Source: Salisapilia sapeloensis CBS 127946
Lineage: Eukaryota; Protista; Oomycota
DNA: 59,297 bases
Assembly: GCA_023334545.1 (NCBI GenBank)
Contig: JAADVB010000102.1
Coordinates: 1 to 59,297 of the forward strand
Reading direction: 5' to 3'
Part shown: positions 9,349 to 21,714 of the stretch, piece after piece
Numbering within the stretch: position 1 is the stretch's first letter
How the letters are laid out: each line of letters begins with the position of its first letter
The notes under the pieces: generated by a model
Told to the model about the DNA's origin: nothing
The model's input: only the letters and a program-made list of their open reading frames with translations
The model's database searches: none
Program-made: the position numbers and the translations under genes

Positions 9349-12300
9349 ATGCAGCGCCAGGACCCAGAAAACGAGTTCGTCACCAAGACCCCGCGACACC
9401 AGCGGAAGAAGCAGCAGCAGCAGGCTCGCACGCCCGCCGACGACGAACCCGTCGCCGCCACACCTACCACGGACGACCAGGGCATATCACTGCGGCCGCG
9501 CAACATGTTCGCGACCAAAGGCCGGACGTCGAACGAGACTGCCGGACCATCCGCCTATCGTCCGCAGTGGTCCAAGAGCGGCGACGGCTTCGTCTCGTCC
9601 AAAGATGCGAATGAGACAGCGGACGCTAGTCGACGTAAGAGCAAAGGTGCTGCTTATCTACTCATAGGATCCTTGTTGTTTCATGAAAAACTGAATGCTT
9701 TTTTCCTCAAGTGCTGCGTTACTCCAAGGAAGAGCTCTTAGCCTTCCACGCGCCGACATCGAGCCCACCGGACTTTCCGCCAGACACGGTCGTCGTCTCC
9801 CAGCACAGCCTCCCGCCCGTCAGCAGCCTTCCCTTTGATTACGAAGAGATCTACAAGCAGTGGGCAGCCAATCGTAATCGAGGTCGAGGTCGCGGACGAG
9901 GCAACGGCAACGAGCGCCAGAACAAGTGGGACGACAAAAACGCCAAAGTACACTTGTCTGCATTTAACTCTTTATCCCAATGCCTTAATCTATCTCTGCT
10001 AGCGTGATGACGAAGGAAAGTCATGGAAAAGAGGTGACAAGCCGGAAGATCACGAGGGAGACGGTAACGTCGAATGGGACGACGTCGGAAGTCTTGGCGA
10101 AGGAGGAGGATTGGTATGCTATCATATCACCTCCCAACTTTTCCCTATCTAACTCTTGTATGTGGTAGGATCTCATGTCGATGGCAGAAGCGACGGAAAA
10201 GTTCCGTCAGGAGATGGACGCCATGCGTGCTGAGATCGCCGAATCCACGACCAGAGTCCCGGAAGGCAACTTGGACGAGTTTGATGAAAAGCTGGAAAAT
10301 GCTGCTGCGTCTGGTCAGTTCGAGGATAGTGACGAAGATGAACCGGAGGCGCAGTGGGATGACCCGATCGAACCTAGTCCTGACGCTGGCTTGGAGTCTC
10401 TCAGTGCGCCACTGGAACTTCCGACGCAGGAGCAGCCGAAAGAGCAACTTTTAGAACAGCTTCCACAGCCGACAGCAGTGCAGGTAGAGGACGTGTGGTT
10501 CTATATGGATCCGCATGGTAGGCAGCAAGGTCCGTTCAAGACGATGGACATGCGCGAGTGGTTTGAAGCAGGATACTTTAAACCCCACCTGCCCATCCGA
10601 TTCGGTAGAGAAGGAACGTTCGTACCGTTGGCAAACTACTTCCCTCAAAGCGAACGGCCGTTCGTGTCCATTCCTCAGCCTGCGCCGAAGCGACAGGAGA
10701 GGGATCCAAGGGACATGGAGCTCGCTGCGATGCTCAATCTACGTCCAGAGATGCCGCAGCACCACGGCCCGCCACAGTTCCAGCAGCAACAAGACCCGAT
10801 GATGCACTTGAGCCACGAAGACAAGATGCGCATGGACATGCAGCGTCTGGGCTTGGCGCAGCACGCGCACTTGTTCCAGCAACAGCATCCGCAGCACCCA
10901 CAGCAGCAGCGTCCCATGCCCTTCCCTCCTCAGCAACAGCAGCATCAGCATCAGCATCAGCACCACATGCTCCTGCAGCACCAGAACTCTTGGCAACAGA
11001 ATCAGAGAGACCAGGCCATGCCCAACATGTTCCCGAACAACTACCGTCCAGACATGCCATTCCCTCCTGCCAACATGCCTAGACAAGAGGTGCAGGAGCA
11101 GCCGAGACAAGGGGTTCAAGAGCAGCCGAGACAAGAACCTCTAGAGCAGTCAAAGCACGAGGTTCATGTTCAGGAAGAAACGAATGGTGTCCAGCCTCCA
11201 AAGAAGGAAAAGTCTTCTGAAGTGGAGACTCAGCCGAAGAAACAGCCAAAGGAGGACAAGCCTGCGTGGACCAACAGTCCTGCAGTGGAGAAGAAACCAT
11301 CGTTGAAGGAAATTCAGGAAGAAGAGCAAAAGCAGCGTCGACAGGAGATGGCTCAAGGACAGTCGAATCTAGCTGACATGGGTGCCCATCTCAAGATGAT
11401 GCTAGGCGTCCAGGCCTCCTCCCCTGAAGCACAGCAGCCAGCGCAGCCAGAGCCAAAGCAGGAAGCCCCACAGCCAAAGCAGGTAACAAAGCAGGCAACG
11501 CCAGAGCCAAAGCCGAAGCAGGTGTCCCCGAAACCAAAGCAGGCACCTCAGGCACAAAAGCAACAAATTCCTACTCAGAAGCAGCCAACGCCTGCTCAAC
11601 AGAAGCAGTCTGCTCCGCAAGCACCCAAACCGTCGACGCCTCAGACGCCCAAGCAGCCAACACCGGCGGAGGCGAATCAAACGCCACCTGCTCCTGCACC
11701 TGCTCCGTCTCGACCGGCAACGTCTCCATGGGGCGCAACGGCAGCACCGAGCAAGCCGCAGAGTCAGAAGTCCATGCGGGACATTCTGGCAGAAGAAGAG
11801 CGTATTGCGCAGGAAAGAGCCAAGAGCCAGCAGCAGCAACAAGGCAGCGGCTCGCACTGGATGAACGTCGTGGCTGGCGTGTCGAACGCTCCTGTCCCCA
11901 AGGCCAACCGACAACTTGGTCCAGTCCCTGTGTCTGTCCTCAAGAGCCGACCACAGCAAAAGACGCAGGCACAGTCGTCTCCTCCAGCGCCGAAAAAAGA
12001 GACGGACGAGTCTTTCTGGAACTTTGGCGCAGCGCAGACGCCCAAGAACGAGTCTCCTTCCCAGGGCGTTGGTCCGTTTGGATCCGCGGAGCTCATGGCG
12101 TGGTGTGCCAAGCAGCTGAAGAACATCACCGGTAAAGACGACTTGACTCTGCTTGAATATTGCGCCACACTGGAGGATCCAGGCGAGATCCGAGAGTACC
12201 TTGCAGCCTACCTCGGCTCGACGCCTCGCGTGTCGGCGTTCGCGACCGAGTTCATCCAGCGAAAGAAGCAGGTGAAGAACGTCAAGAAGGACGGTAAGAG

Positions 12301-12367
12301 GAGCAAGAGGCGTAGCAAAGGACAGCGCGTGGACCCTTCCATGCTCAACTACTCTGTCGGCAGTTAA
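9349..12367 (+). CDS. GIGYF: GYF-domain protein, GIGYF/Smy2/EXA1 type (4 exons)
   Basis: GYF domain WFYMDPHGRQQGPF...EWFEAGYF. YSKEELL eIF4E/4EHP-binding motif. KKPSLKEIQEEE repeat. C-terminal WCAKQL...EIREYLAAYLG...FATEFI domain. Introns at 9635-9711, about 9948-10002 and about 10115-10169. Confidence 0.88.
10940..10963 (+). repeat. Coding microsatellite (CAGCAT)3-CAGCAC encoding a QH repeat
   Basis: Read directly from the sequence within the GIGYF ORF. Confidence 0.9.
11084..11131 (+). repeat. Imperfect 24-bp tandem duplication encoding QEVQEQPR-QGVQEQPR
   Basis: caagaggtgcaggagcagccgaga followed by caaggggttcaagagcagccgaga. Confidence 0.85.
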
Positions 12368-12513
12368 GTACGTACGCAATCGAAGCTCGTGTTATCCTTC
12401 CTACAAGCATCCTATACGCATCCTACAAATCCATCCTCTATGTCACAATTTACGTTAGTGACTAAATTCACCCCTAACAAGAACAACCCAAACAAAGAGA
12501 ACGAGATCGCAGG

Positions 12514-12986
<473 letters not shown>

Positions 12987-13097
12987 GTGCAATGGAAGGA
13001 TAAGAGCTTTTTCGTTGCCTAAATCTCAATCCTTATTTTCTACCGTTACCCTGTGATTGGCATCTACTAGCAACTTGATTCCTTTCTCTACAATCGT

Positions 13098-14087
13098 CTA
13101 TGCCCAGAGCGACAGGAGCGACATGGCGCCAAAGCCGATGCACAAGGCAAAGCATTTGGGTAGAAGCAACTGACGGTTCTGGAGTTCTTGCGGGATGATC
13201 TCCATCGCAGCTACGTACAAGAACGTTCCTCCTGCAAGTGCTGATGTAATACCACTGCCAACGGACTCACTACCTCCGGTGGTGATCGTCCAGCCGAGCA
13301 AGACACCGACTGGAGTCATAAAGGAAAACAAGGTGATGGAGATCAGCAGACGAGAGCGAGGTACGTCATGATGCGCCATCTCCAGCGACAAGGCAAAGGC
13401 AGAGAGCGCTTTGTGGGCCACAATGGCGATCAGAATATCCCACGCTTCCCGCTCCGAGGCACCGAGGCCCATGCCCTCCATGACCGAGTGGAAGGACAAG
13501 GCCGTGAAGACCACGAGTGCCAGCAAAGTCTTCTTGTCCGTCAAGCTGTATATGTGTGCATGGGCTACCTCGGAGGAAGAGCACATGTGCCGCTTGACTC
13601 TGTCGCCTTCGGAATACACATCCTCGAGCGACGTATTCTGCTGACCAGTCTCGTACTCATAGAACGGTCCACGGTATTCCTTCCGGTCTACGCTTTGGTC
13701 TCTATCTTGTCTAGTGTTCAAGATCAACGGCGTGCGCTCTTGCATCGTTCCGCTGTTCTCGCCATACGTTCTCTGGATGGAATGTGCCAGAACCTCGAGC
13801 ACAAGCACAACTAGGAATCCGACACCGTAGAAGAAATTCGCCCACATAAAGCACCCTTCTTCCTTTTCACACATCCATGCCGACAGCGCTTCATTTCCTT
13901 GTGCGTCCGGCAGTAGATGGATGCAGGAACCTGACAGAAAGATGCCTGCTGCAACACAATTGAGCACACTAGTGATACTTTCCGCTCGTTCACTTCTGTT
14001 GAATGCAAGCGGCAGTACGCCGCCTACAATGGCGAGTGCCCAGACGACTGCTGCGGCAGCTAGCTTGAATTCCTCGACGTCGTTCAT
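13098..14087 (-). CDS. ZIP-family (Zrt/Irt) zinc/iron transporter
   Basis: Multi-TM protein with GIFLSGSCIHLLPDA, LSFHSVMEGMGLG, AIVAHKALSAF and GGTFLYVA signatures. Single exon. Confidence 0.93.
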   Translation of the reverse strand: MNDVEEFKLAAAAVVWALAIVGGVLPLAFNRSERAESITSVLNCVAAGIFLSGSCIHLLPDAQGNEALSAWMCEKEEGCFMWANFFYGVGFLVVLVLEVLAHSIQRTYGENSGTMQERTPLILNTRQDRDQSVDRKEYRGPFYEYETGQQNTSLEDVYSEGDRVKRHMCSSSEVAHAHIYSLTDKKTLLALVVFTALSFHSVMEGMGLGASEREAWDILIAIVAHKALSAFALSLEMAHHDVPRSRLLISITLFSFMTPVGVLLGWTITTGGSESVGSGITSALAGGTFLYVAAMEIIPQELQNRQLLLPKCFALCIGFGAMSLLSLWA

Positions 14088-14199
14088 CTTTCTATCTAAA
14101 TTTTTTTATACGATTCTCCAGTGTCTAGTAGAGAACTTCAAAGACCGAGGGCAATCTGTGGGTTACTAGACACACCCGAGACACCCGAGCAGTCGGACG

Positions 14200-15724
14200 A
14201 TGGAGACACTGCGGCATAAAAAGCATAAGAGCAGACAGCGGATGAAGGAAACGAGTGTAAACGGACTGGAGCAAACGCAGGAGCAGGGTCATGGTAAATC
14301 GACTGCGGAAGCAGCGCAAAGTGATGCCGTCTTGCAGGAACTGCTGGCTGGCAAAATTGCGGAGCTACAGATTGGACCGAACGGTGACTTGGACAAACCT
14401 GTGGACTTGACAGGCATTTACAAAGACGCCAAATTGCCGGAAGAAATGCTTTCGTCTGGACGACGCATCCTTGATGATGAGTCCATGTCTGATGCTGACA
14501 AGCTGAGCAGTCTGGACCAACAGCTCCACCAATCCGTTCGATCTGTTATACGAATAACCTCCTGTACACCATTTAATGTCCTTCCTACAGAGTGATACAG
14601 TGAAGAAACTGCAGCAAAAGATCGAAGAGCTGGATGCGAGATCCGTGCTGCTAAAGCGACGACAAAACTCGAGTATGTAGAGATGGACATCTTCTATGAC
14701 TACTTGCAAATGACAAATGGCATAATGGCTATCTTTAAAGTGGGAAAGGAGCTGTCAAAAGCCATAGCTACCAAGAACAAGTTGGAAAAACTCTGTCGAG
14801 AGCTCCAGGCACACAACAAGAGCATACTCGTGCGTGATTTACTGCAACTTGTTTGGCTGTATACACTAATCTGTCGCGTTCATTTTCTGCGACTAGGCCG
14901 AAAGCCGTCGGATCGCAGACGAGGAAGACCAGAAACGGTAACCCTGCGACCATATCTAATATGCAAACATGTTCTGAGAATGCTATGTGAACAGGAAACA
15001 ACTTTCCAGTCAATTCCAAACGACAATGGATGACGTGAGCACCAAGATGGACAAACAGGCTAAAGACTACATTGCCTCATTACAGGAAAATGAATCGTAC
15101 AAGTCTATTCTATCCTTTTATCTTGTCTTTATCTCACTCTTGGATTGCACCTACAGACTCCAGGGAAAGTTGAAAAACCTTCTAGAACAAGTGCAGACGA
15201 GAGAAGAGCATTTCGAAAAGCAACTCAAAGCCAAGGACCTTGAGAAACAAATTGCTGAGGAGAAGCTGAAGCATCAGGAGCAGGTGACTGCACAAAAGTC
15301 CGACCAAGTGGACGCTACCATGGATAAAGTCAAGGAGTTTGCTGAAAGAGAAGAAAAGCTCCAGGCTCAACTAAATGCATATGCAGAGAAATTCAGTGGC
15401 GTCGAGGAAACGCTGACCAAGAGCAACGACATGTTCACGACTTTCCGAGACGAGTTGGCCAAGGTACCCTTCGTATACTCTTACTGCATTCTACTACTCA
15501 CAAGAGGACTCTAGATGAGCAAGTACTCGAAGAAGCTCGAGAAAGAGAATGCAGCGTTGAAGAAGAAATGTGCCGAGTACGACAACGGTGCGATAGCTTC
15601 GATCCAGACCAAGGTATCGGGAGACAGTGAGAAGCAGAAGCTTCAGGAACGAGTCAAGGTTCTCGAAGGTCTTTGTCGTCGCCTCCAAGCTGAACGCACA
15701 GAAGCTAACACTTCAACTGCCTAG
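14200..15724 (+). CDS. TXLN: Taxilin-family coiled-coil protein (6 exons)
   Basis: KNKLEKLCRELQAHNK, REEHFEKQLK, YAEKF...TLTKSNDMFTTFRDELAKMSK..KKLEKEN and LEGLCRRLQAER are taxilin hallmarks. The start codon choice is uncertain. Confidence 0.88.
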
Positions 15725-15813
15725 TCGAAAGCATAAGATTCTAGCTCTTCTCCAAAAATAGCACTCACATGTACACTTTGGTTGCCAAATCTCGATTTTC
15801 GTTCTCGTGTACA

Positions 15814-16688
15814 ATGGTCTGCTCCTATCTTCAAGCCCAGAAACGCATCGGATGTCGAGATGCTCCCCTCCAATATGCACAGGAAGAGCGCGTGTTCTCA
15901 GTGGCAGACACACCGGAGAACAAGGCTGTTGCGAAGCAGCAAGTGATCGAGTCTCTTCAGTCTAGGATCTTGTCGAACGAGAGAGAGAACTGGAATGCTT
16001 CGAGCTACTATGTAGAGCAATCTCGCCAACGATTGAATCTCAACGGAGAGGTAAGTCTGCCATTACCAAGTCTCGTACGAGTCTTATCGATCACATTTCT
16101 TGACTTCTTTGCAGCGCAATCGAACGAATGTCTACCAGTATAACTTTCGCGCAGAAAAGTTGCCTCGAAAGTGGCCGACATCCAAGCCAAAGGCTAATCG
16201 GTTCAATATTGGCATAATCGAAGCAGCTCTAAAAGACGAAGATATTGGTGAAGCATTCGGAGATGAACGTGTTGCCAAGGTATCTCTCCTGTTTGTCATT
16301 TCGATTCATCATAGCTCACTCGGAGTCATCACGTCATAGGGCTTCGCGAAACGGATTGAAGAGATCCCAGTGCATCCTGATCTGGTGCACAAAGAACCTT
16401 GGCATATATCGACCGAACTTCCGCTTGCAGTCAACAGACAGCGCGTACGTTTCCTTTATATCGCACATGCGAGTCTTATCGTAACTTTATTTGCATGTCC
16501 AGCTCCAGAACATAAAAGACCAGCGTGGAGCATGTAGTGAAAAATGGTCGAAAAAGATTCAAGAAAGCTACAAAACTCCACTTGAGTTGGCCAGAGCTGA
16601 AGAGGAACGTATTCGAGAGCGAAAGCGACAGGAGCGAGCTCAAGCCTCCTGTCTTGACCCGTCGTCCGTTTCAGGAAGTAGAATCTAA
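15814..16688 (+). CDS. Hypothetical protein (4 exons, about 230 aa), family not recognised
   Basis: Three phase-0 GT-AG introns (gtaagt..gcag, gtatct..atag, gtacgt..ccag) join four ORF pieces into one open frame. Confidence 0.7.
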
Positions 16689-16768
16689 GCTCAGGAATAT
16701 AATTCATCATTTTGCTGCATTCTTGCTGAAAGCTACCTACTAATATCATCGCACCGCCCAGGTTTCTC

Positions 16769-17581
16769 ATGGCATCGACAGAACCGAATCCGCCTGAATC
16801 TCTCGTCAACTATGGTGAACCGATATTTACAGGGGATACTGTCGACCCTGGAAAGAAGTCTGCACAGCCACCGCCAACCGACTTTAACACAGCCCAGCGA
16901 ATCGAGTCTTTACAGAGAGTAGAGGATAGTTTGAATGCAATGCTACCTCCGCAGTAAGTTTGGTTGCTTGTCTATCGTTCGATGTAGTCATTATATGCTC
17001 ACTCTATCCATGGCAGAATATGGCATGATGAAGACTCTGGTTACTGGATCAGATATCCGTCGCCAACACCTTCCTCCCGTCACGATGTAATCAAGTTACA
17101 GGAAGCAATGGATGCAAAATTACTATCTCGCCAAGCACGTGACAGTGGTATCTGTGCCGTGCGTGAAGACTTGTACTCTCAGTGTTTCGATGAGCTCATT
17201 CGACAAGTGACACTGAACTCACCAGAACGTGGGCTCTTGCTTCTTCGTGTCCGAGATGAATTGCGCCTGACGACAGAAGCATACAAGACGCTGTATGACA
17301 GCAGCACGATCTTTGCCATCCGAAAGCAGCTTCAGGCAGAAGAAGGCATGGACGATCTTCAAGCTCATATAAACCTTTTGAAGGAAGAGAAGAAGGAGAA
17401 TGAGCTAAAGGTCCAGGTACTCACTAACAAGCTCGAACTTGTTGAGAAGAGAGCAGCGGAGAAGAAAGCAATCCAGGATAAGAAGTTTAAGGAAGAGATT
17501 GAATTCCTCAAGTACCAGGGGCAGCATTTAGATGCATTCTACAAATCGGTAGGTGGAAACACCTCTGTAGGCAGCAAGTAG
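16769..17581 (+). CDS. DNALI1: Axonemal inner-arm dynein light intermediate chain p28 (2 exons)
   Basis: LNAMLPP, SRHDVIKLQEAMD..L..RQARDSGICAVREDLYSQCFDELIRQVTLNSPERGLLLLRVRDE. Confidence 0.95.
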
Positions 17582-17632
17582 TGAGAGATGGGAAATACAA
17601 TGATCGATGGCAAACTAATTGATATCAACAAG

Positions 17633-19764
17633 TTACGACGTTGGATTTTCACTTTGCATCTGAGAAGCCATGTCTACTAAGGTCGCGTACACCGCAATAG
17701 AATACTTCCGGCTCGCCTCCTTGGTCTTTGTTTGTCGACTCTGTCGCTGGACACTTGGGAACAACGTCATCTTAATGAAGTCCTCTACGACCTGCGCATC
17801 CGAACTTTGCTCCTTTTCTAATTGCTCTACAATGCCTCCAACAACATCCGTTGCCACTCGCAGCAGCTCCCATGCTTTCGTAAAGGTATCTTCTTCCAAC
17901 ACTTCTTCAATAAGATCGTCCACATAATGATCTCCTGTTTCTTTATGCACTTGTGCAATCTGTATGTACATAGCTTCCTCACGTTGACGAAGCAGTTCTT
18001 CTGCTTGTCGACGACTGCCTTCCAGAACTTCACGTCGCTGTCGCTCATCTCTGGCACCAGATACATACTCTTCGAGCCTCGCCAGTTCCTCTGTCCGGTC
18101 GAGCTCCTTATAGAGAAAGTCGAGCGTATTCGACACCACCTCGCCCTCAATCTTCGCCAACGTCATGTCCACCACAGGCTGCTCCTCATCCTGGAACATG
18201 GTTACGACACCAGCATATGACTCGGCCTTGGCGTCGTCGCTCGCGCGTAGCTCGTCAATGAGCTCTATCCGTCGCTCCTTTGCCTCGAACATCATGTTCT
18301 GGACAGCTCGTCCACGAATCAACTGCTGCAGTAGTCGAACCGCTGACTCGACGTCTTCTTCTTTTGATGATAATACGCCGGATATCGAGTGCGAATAATC
18401 TGGCGTTGGTGGACGAACGATGCTCATGTGGCTTAAGTTACTTCGTCTGCGTTTCGATGGAGACGTTATCGACATAATATCTTCGTCCCGTGCTGCGTGG
18501 TCCATCGATATCTCGGTCACCGTATCGTCTGCATTATCTCGCTGCAGTAGAGCTTCCATCTTGAGTAAATGACCTTCCACATCTGCTTGCTTTCTGTCCT
18601 TAACAGTCTTGATCTTCTTCTTCGGAGGCTTTTGCTTTGCAGAAGCAAGCATTCGAGCTGGAATGCATGCCTCAAGAGCACATACCTCTTCTACATCTCT
18701 CAGCTCTTCCCGATTCATCTGAGGCCCTTTGTTTACCGGACCAGGTTTCCCATCTCGAGTTATCGACGCATACACTTTGGATCCGTAGTCGGCGTACTCT
18801 TGAATAATCTCCCGACGGAGATCTTTGCGGACAGTCGTCTCCTTTCCTTCTTGTCTCCTTTTCGTGAGTTTTCGCAAGGCTGTTACACGATCCTGCTGAA
18901 TCCGTTCCAACGCGTTCTCTTTCTCATACACAAGTTGCTGACGTAAATTTTCGACACGCTGCTCTGCTAGTATCTCGTTCTCTCGATCACGTTCAAACAG
19001 CGCTTGACGGAGTTTCTCCAAGCGCTCTGCATGCACTTCATCAATCTCTTCCTCTCTTAGAGACCACTCGTACAGCTCCTGTGTTTCCAGCATAGACTTT
19101 CGAAGTAAGAAAGATGCTTCATCCGTCATTGGTGGCAATACGGACTCAAACGCTCGTTTCTTGCGGTTCCTACTGATTAGCTCCAGCTCATTCGGGCCGA
19201 TTGGAAGGCCTTGGCGGAACTTGAGGTGTTGGAGTGTCGCGATCTCCGGCATGCGACTAGAGTTGATAGCTTCCGCCACACCGCCATCGTTCTTGATCGT
19301 GTAATCTGGCGTGTATGGATCCGTCTGGACTTCCGACTCACGGTACATGGTCTGGATACCAATGGTCCGTTGATCTCCGTCGTCAGCTACAACCCCAACA
19401 TTTTCATGGGCTTTCTGAGCATGACGAAGCTCTGAACTTGGAGCTAACAGAACTTCTGGTCGTTCCGCCTGTAAGTGAGGCAGAATGGGACGTTTGAAGT
19501 ACTTGTGTCTCTCCGTTCCGCTCACATAGTTACTTCCATCAGGTGTGTTGTTACTTGCAGCAGCTACAGAGGCATCTCGAAGTCTCGCAACAACCTTTGG
19601 CAACTTTGATGGCGGTCGATACTGTCCTCGGCGAAAGCTGCCACCTGAATTGGACACCGAGTACACTGGATCTAGAGACAACATTAGATCGAGATGGAGT
19701 CATAGGCTTAGATTTGCCCACCATAGACAGAGTCAAGAGGTCGAGACGGTGTCGAATTGGACAT
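17633..19764 (-). CDS. CFAP91: Cilia- and flagella-associated protein 91 (MAATS1/AAT1; 2 exons)
   Basis: SVYDPVYSVS after splicing, KYFKRPI, QTMYRESEVQTDPYTPDY, GLPIG..ELELI.R.RKKRAFE..LPP and LQQLIRGRAVQNMMFE. Confidence 0.92.
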
Positions 19765-19931
19765 GGCTTCGACTTCACTAAGACGCTTCGTGCGCAATCA
19801 AAACACCTACAAGCTCGTAACGGATACTCGTGTCGGGTTATCTATTCCTGAGCGATGAAACCGGCACTAGCACTTCTTTTGAACACCAGGACGCGTACAA
19901 GTCTTTTCAATAATGTGTATGAAGAGGTAGC

Positions 19932-20645
19932 TTAAGCACTCGTAGTGTTCATATCAAAGTATCGGTCCTGTGCGTCCTGGTTGATCTGTTCGTCGTCATC
20001 CAGCGACTCGTCTTTGTCGATCTTGTCATAGTCAACGTACTCGTTGTCTTCTCCGTGTAAAAACCGCATGCTCATGACGTCAATGAGTTCCTGTCGCTGC
20101 TTGTCAATCCATGCAGGAGAGCGCTGCGGTCGTATGGTATCCTCCTGATCCATCTCATCTTCTTCTTCTTCTTCCACCTCGTCTTCTTCAAGCAGTCTCT
20201 GCATCCGCCGTCGCTCTGCCGCTTCATCCTCACCGACAAAATTGTCTCCCCAAGCACGCTGTTCAGCTTGTCTTTGAGCCTCCAATCGATGCCGGTCTTG
20301 TGTGACAAGCAGGAAAGAGGAGAAGCCTCCAAGCTCACCACTGGAGCCTTGCTCATATAAATACTGGCCCAAGTGGAAGTGGAAGAGACCAGGAGCACGT
20401 CGCTTCATGCTGTCGTCAGAGAAATAGTGCGCTCCATCGTTCGCTTGGGTTTGTAAAAGCTGCTGGAGGTATCGGTACCGACGATTCTTCACCGCCGTAC
20501 TCTCTCCATTCGTTTGGACGTCTCTCGTACCAACATGGTGCGTCCAGTCCGCTCGTGCATCCGCTGGCGGAGGTGCATTGTCCGGTACATGCAGACTGTC
20601 CATAAAGACCTCCAGCGAGTCCATTTCTTCGTCTTCGGCAGCCAT
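19932..20645 (-). CDS. CCDC97: CCDC97/DUF2052 family protein
   Basis: VKNRRYRYL, YFSDDSMKRRAP.LF...LGQY, MSMRFLHGEDNEYVDY and DAQDRYFD. ATG at 20645. Confidence 0.85.
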   Translation of the reverse strand: MAAEDEEMDSLEVFMDSLHVPDNAPPPADARADWTHHVGTRDVQTNGESTAVKNRRYRYLQQLLQTQANDGAHYFSDDSMKRRAPGLFHFHLGQYLYEQGSSGELGGFSSFLLVTQDRHRLEAQRQAEQRAWGDNFVGEDEAAERRRMQRLLEEDEVEEEEEDEMDQEDTIRPQRSPAWIDKQRQELIDVMSMRFLHGEDNEYVDYDKIDKDESLDDDEQINQDAQDRYFDMNTTSA

Positions 20646-20894
20646 TGGGATGTGTGGCGAGAAGATTCTTCGTATGAAATGATAATAATCGGCGTATACA
20701 AAAAGAAAAGCATTCCGAACGGGCAAATGGAACTAAGAAAGCAAACAACGAAAGGAGGGAAGCTTTGAATTCTTGCATTGGAATACTCTACTCTCGTCCA
20801 ACTTTTTCATATGCGCAAAGCAGCGTCATCTCTAAACTACCATGCATTCTGTGGTCCAGAGTTGGCACTCCAACAAGGTATTTTAGCCACTTTC

Positions 20895-21529
20895 CTACTC
20901 TTGCTTGACCTCCGCCAGGATCTCGGCCAATTCGCCAGACTTGTGCATGTCCGTCAAAATATCACAACCGCCCACGAACTCGCCATTGACGTAGAGCTGC
21001 GGAATCGTCGGCCATTCCCTACAATTGCAAATGGCGAAAACCACCGGAACGAGTTAGATACTGCTATAAATCACTCTGCCAATACAAAATATTCGCGGTC
21101 TACTGGATAAAGCACGTACGAGTATTCCTTGATGCCCTCACGGATCTCGGGGTGGTCCAAGACGTTGACACTGTCGAAACTCACGCCCTGGTTGTGCAAG
21201 ATGCGCACCACCTGCATGCTAAAGCCACACTGCGGCGCCGACGGCGTGCCCTTCATGTACAACAAGATTGGGTACGTGTTCACATGGCTGTCGATCATCT
21301 TAAGAATGTCGTCCTTATCAGACGTGGCAGCCGCGTGATACTTGGGCTTAAAGTCCGAGTGCGTGTCGGCATCGTCGTCGCCACCGTTTGCAGACGTAGC
21401 CAATTGGCGCGCACCCAATTGGCTGACCACCACCTGCGAACGCAGCAAGTTGCCATTCTGCGCAGAGCGCTTGGCAACCGTCGTAACGGCCGCTCGACGG
21501 CTCACAGTTCTCGCGACTCGGCTTAACAT
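20895..21529 (-). CDS. GRX5: Mitochondrial monothiol glutaredoxin (CGFS type; 2 exons)
   Basis: Arg/Ser-rich presequence, then [14 protein letters not shown] and [19 protein letters not shown] after one intron of about 100 nt. Confidence 0.96.
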
Positions 21530-21579
21530 GGTCCGTTCCTCGTAGCGTTTCGATTTATTACGCTAGAGAAAGAGTTTAT

Positions 21580-21609
21580 ATTGGCTAAAAAGAGTTTCTT
21601 TTAACCAAT
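21580..21609. promoter_or_regulatory. Two oppositely oriented CCAAT boxes in the GRX5/LENG8 divergent promoter
   Basis: ATTGG at 21580-21584 and CCAAT at 21605-21609 within a 185-bp head-to-head spacer. Motif match only. Confidence 0.35.
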
Positions 21610-21714
21610 TACACTGGGGAAATCCCATTCACCTCTTCTCCATCCAGCGCAGAAGAGCATCTACTTTAGCTTGAGACGGTAGCACAGGTGCTTTGGATCT
21701 TGTATACATCCATT

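Noticed and set aside
11402-12379. 325-aa minus-strand ORF inside GIGYF
   Set aside because: Antisense shadow of Gln/Pro/Lys-rich coding sequence (L/R/C/W-rich translation).
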